A stretch of 64,000 bases of DNA, from NCBI GenBank assembly GCA_963727445.1, contig CAVSGI010000009.1:608001-672000 (forward strand). The letters are read 5' to 3'. Made by a program: the position numbers and the translations under genes. The DNA comes from an uncultured delta proteobacterium (GTDB lineage Bacteria; Myxococcota_A; Polyangia; Polyangiales; B10-G4). The notes below the pieces were generated by a model that was given only the letters and a program-made list of their open reading frames with translations, was not told the DNA's origin and made no database searches. Below are positions 61,273 through 64,000 of the stretch, one piece after another (within the stretch, counting starts at the first letter, position 1; each line of letters begins with the position of its first letter).

Positions 61273-64000
61273 TCAGAAGCGAGTGAGGGAGGTGGTGGTC
61301 ACCGGCCGGTCGTAGCTCATGTTGGTCGGCTCGATCAGCTGTCCGCCGTCGCCGCGGCCCCAGCAGATCGACTGGCCAGAGGTGCGGGTGGCGCAGCAGT
61401 GATAGTAGCCGCAGCCGATGGTCGTCGCGTCCGACAGCCCCAGCACCGCGCTCGGCACCGTCTTCTGAACGGTGGAGCCGTCACCGAGCTGGCCGTAGTC
61501 GTTCTGGCCCAGGCAGCGGACGGCGCCCGACCTCAGGCGCGCGCAGAGGTGCCCGACGCCCATCGCGACCTGGCGAACGCCGTCGAGGCCGACGACGCGG
61601 GTCGGATTGGGCGTGCCCCCGGCGCCGCCGCCGGGCAGAGGCGCTCCCCAACACCACACCCCGCCGCTCTGCGACGCGGCGCAGGTCGTGTTGCCGCCCG
61701 CGGCGAGACCGACGATGGGATCGCCTTCGGCCAGACCCTGAACGGGGCGCGCCGTGCGCACGTCACCGAGCGGTGTGAAGCCGAGCTGACCGGACGCGTT
61801 GCGCCCCCAGCACCAGACCTCGCCGCTGTCGAGGAGCGCGCAGGTGTGGTCCTGGCCTGCCACCAGGTGCGCCGCGCCCGTCACGCCTTCGACGTCGCGC
61901 GGCTCGTTGGTGCAGGGCACGAAGCCCATGCAGTGATCGGTGATCACGTCGTTGGTGCCGAGCTGTCCGTGCTGGTGGTGACCGATGCAGGCGATGGTCC
62001 CGTCGGTGCGACGCACGCACGTGTGCTCGAAGCCGCAGACCACTTCGACGGCGTCCATCATCCCCATGAAGTCGCCCGTCGCCGCCGTGCGCGAGTCACC
62101 GAGGCAATCCACGCGGCCGTCGACGCCCACGGCGCAGGCGTGATCGCGTCCATTACACATGTCCACGCCATCGGTGAAGCCGTCGAAGACGGCCGCGGTA
62201 CCGTCGAAGCCGGTCATCGGCGTCTCGCCCCAGGTGTTCGTCCCGCCGCAGCGGATCTCGCGGTTGGGTAGCAGGAAGCAGGTGTCGTCGCTGCCGCCGG
62301 TGATCTTCACCGGATTCGCGAGCACCGAGGCCGGCTGAGGAATGGCGCCCCAGAGCGGGTCGTACATCGGGTGCATCGCACGCCCGTCACCGAGCTGACG
62401 CTGCGCACCCTGTCCCCAGCAGAACACCTGGGCGTCCGTGATGGCGCAGGTGTGCGAGGAGCCCCCGCCCATCGCCACGGCGTCGTCGACGCCGGAGACC
62501 GGCGTCGGAACCCGCGCGTTCATGTCCGAGGCGTCGCCGACCTGCCCATTCAGGTTGCTCCCCCAGCAAAGGACGCGGCCATCCGCCATGTGCGCGCAGG
62601 AGTGCGCGCCCCCGAGGTGGAGGTCGACCACCTCGCCGTCGAGGCCGGTCACCGTTCTGGGCGACGTCGCGACGGTGTCCGGGCACGAGGCGCTCGGCGC
62701 GCCGCAGCCCAGCTGCCCATAATCGTTGGCGCCCCAGCACGCGAAGGAGCCATCCATGCGCTTCACGCACGCGTGTCCGCCGCCCACCCAGAGGTCGACC
62801 GCGTCGGTCACGCCGGTGACGGTGCCGATGCTCAGCGCCTCGTCGCCGAGGCCGAGCTGGTCGTTGATGTTGAAGCCGGCGCAGGTCACCTGGCCGGTGG
62901 CGTGCAGGACACAGGTCGAGATGCCGCTCGCGCCGACCTTCACGGCGTCGGTGATGTCGGGGATGAGGGCGGGCAGGAAGCTCTGGTCGCAGTTTCGCCG
63001 CGTCCCGTCCATGATCGGGAAGGGACAGGAAAAGCCCCAGCAGCTCACCTCGCCCGTATCGAGGAGCGCGCAGACATGGGAGTCGCCGGTGGTGATCTGC
63101 GTGGCCGGGCTCGGCAGGTCCACCCGGCCGAAGGCGCCGCCGGAGACGCTGAAGGTGTAGCGCTGCTCGAGCACCAGCTCCGAGCCCCAACAGAAGACCT
63201 CGCCGTCGATCAGCGCGCAGACGAAGTCGCCGCCGACAACGAGCTGATCTGGATTCGTGACGGTGGGGTGGAGGATGGAGGCCTGCGCGTCGGCGGCGGG
63301 GTCGCCGAGCTCGCCCGCCGTGTTGTCGCCCCAGCACACGACGCCACCGAAGCGAGTCACGACGCAGGTATTGCTGGGACCGCCAGTGATCGAGACCGGC
63401 AGGCAGGCAGTGCCCGCGGCGGCGCCGTCCTCGGCTTCGTCGGGCACGCCATCGCAGTCGTTGTCGATTCCGTCGCAGAGCTCGAGGGCGCCTGGATAGA
63501 CGAGGGGGTTGTCGTCGTCACAGTCGTCGACCGGGAAGAAGCGCATGTCGCCCATGGGGCCCGGCATGCAGGTCGCGTCGACGGCGGTGTGCTGGTCGCC
63601 GTCGCGGTCTTCGCTCGGCTCGCTCTGTGGGCCGCCGCTGAAACGCACCCCGGCTTCGGTGGTGCAGTCGTTGTCGTAGCCGTCGCAGAGCTCGTCGGCG
63701 CCGACGTGAGTGTAGGGGTCCGAGTCGTCGCAGTCGTTCACCAGCGCGCCGGCGCAGAGGTCGACGGCGCCGTCCATGTCGTCGTCCTCGTCGGGCCCAT
63801 CGAAGAGGCCGTTGCAGTCGTCGTCGATCCCGTTGCAGATCTCGGCGGCGGTCGACGAGATGTTGGGATTCGAGTCGTCGCAGTCGCCACCGCCGCAGGC
63901 CACGGAGGGGTCGCCGTCCCCATCCGCTTCCACCACCATGGCCATGCACTGGCCTGTCTCGACCTGACAGACCTGCTGCATGCACATGTCGCCTTCGTCG
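61273..64000 (-). CDS. Large secreted protein with Cys/Asp metal-binding repeats and RCC1/BLIP-II beta-propeller repeats; 5' end outside the window
   Basis: DCDD...P...E.C.G.D.DC.G repeats, then many GxxHxCA...VxCWGxNxxGQLG repeats. Confidence 0.88.
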   Translation of the reverse strand, partial: DEGDMCMQQVCQVETGQCMAMVVEADGDGDPSVACGGGDCDDSNPNISSTAAEICNGIDDDCNGLFDGPDEDDDMDGAVDLCAGALVNDCDDSDPYTHVGADELCDGYDNDCTTEAGVRFSGGPQSEPSEDRDGDQHTAVDATCMPGPMGDMRFFPVDDCDDDNPLVYPGALELCDGIDNDCDGVPDEAEDGAAAGTACLPVSITGGPSNTCVVTRFGGVVCWGDNTAGELGDPAADAQASILHPTVTNPDQLVVGGDFVCALIDGEVFCWGSELVLEQRYTFSVSGGAFGRVDLPSPATQITTGDSHVCALLDTGEVSCWGFSCPFPIMDGTRRNCDQSFLPALIPDITDAVKVGASGISTCVLHATGQVTCAGFNINDQLGLGDEALSIGTVTGVTDAVDLWVGGGHACVKRMDGSFACWGANDYGQLGCGAPSASCPDTVATSPRTVTGLDGEVVDLHLGGAHSCAHMADGRVLCWGSNLNGQVGDASDMNARVPTPVSGVDDAVAMGGGSSHTCAITDAQVFCWGQGAQRQLGDGRAMHPMYDPLWGAIPQPASVLANPVKITGGSDDTCFLLPNREIRCGGTNTWGETPMTGFDGTAAVFDGFTDGVDMCNGRDHACAVGVDGRVDCLGDSRTAATGDFMGMMDAVEVVCGFEHTCVRRTDGTIACIGHHQHGQLGTNDVITDHCMGFVPCTNEPRDVEGVTGAAHLVAGQDHTCALLDSGEVWCWGRNASGQLGFTPLGDVRTARPVQGLAEGDPIVGLAAGGNTTCAASQSGGVWCWGAPLPGGGAGGTPNPTRVVGLDGVRQVAMGVGHLCARLRSGAVRCLGQNDYGQLGDGSTVQKTVPSAVLGLSDATTIGCGYYHCCATRTSGQSICWGRGDGGQLIEPTNMSYDRPVTTTSLTRF

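Noticed and set aside
39..63985. Many long alternative-frame and antisense ORFs in the track (e.g. 18051-21383, 34091-36859, 1299-3416, 10782-12893, 54524-55678)
   Set aside because: They are shadows of real genes caused by high GC3 and scarce stop codons; the translations are Arg/Pro/Ala-rich with no motifs.

Overview
A 64-kb, very GC-rich, gene-dense chromosomal window. By inference it comes from a myxobacterium (Myxococcota, probably Polyangiales/Sandaracinaceae-like), based on MYXO-CTERM-type sorting tails, several eukaryote-like Ser/Thr kinases, PEGA/TPR and AgmX/PglI-C proteins and many Cys-rich lipoproteins. About 50 CDS are supported. Housekeeping genes are uvrC, zapA, ygfA, a punA-cdd-deaminase operon, rplU, rpmA, qor and a cN-II-type nucleotidase. 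The rest are transporters (OFA-MFS, ClC, APC, bestrophin), signalling proteins and secreted or surface enzymes. I found no rRNA, tRNA, CRISPR array, integrase or transposase. The best unexplained signals are non-coding or cross-window. (1) Two tandem, diverged ~220-bp multi-hairpin units with compensatory changes (21191-21637), followed by a sigma54-like promoter and an unannotated 31-aa membrane peptide. (2) A 149-bp CTAG-flanked MITE-like element inserted into the uvrC promoter. (3) Five +1 frameshifts that all fall at or next to GATC, probably read errors that reveal a GATC DNA modification. (4) Pervasive leaderless-gene architecture (TANNNT 6-9 nt before start codons). (5) Recurrent linear protein motifs (DLPxPK about 20 times, GKADG, D-x-G linkers, an Arg-Asp tract). 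All family calls come from motif recognition by eye; no database search was run.
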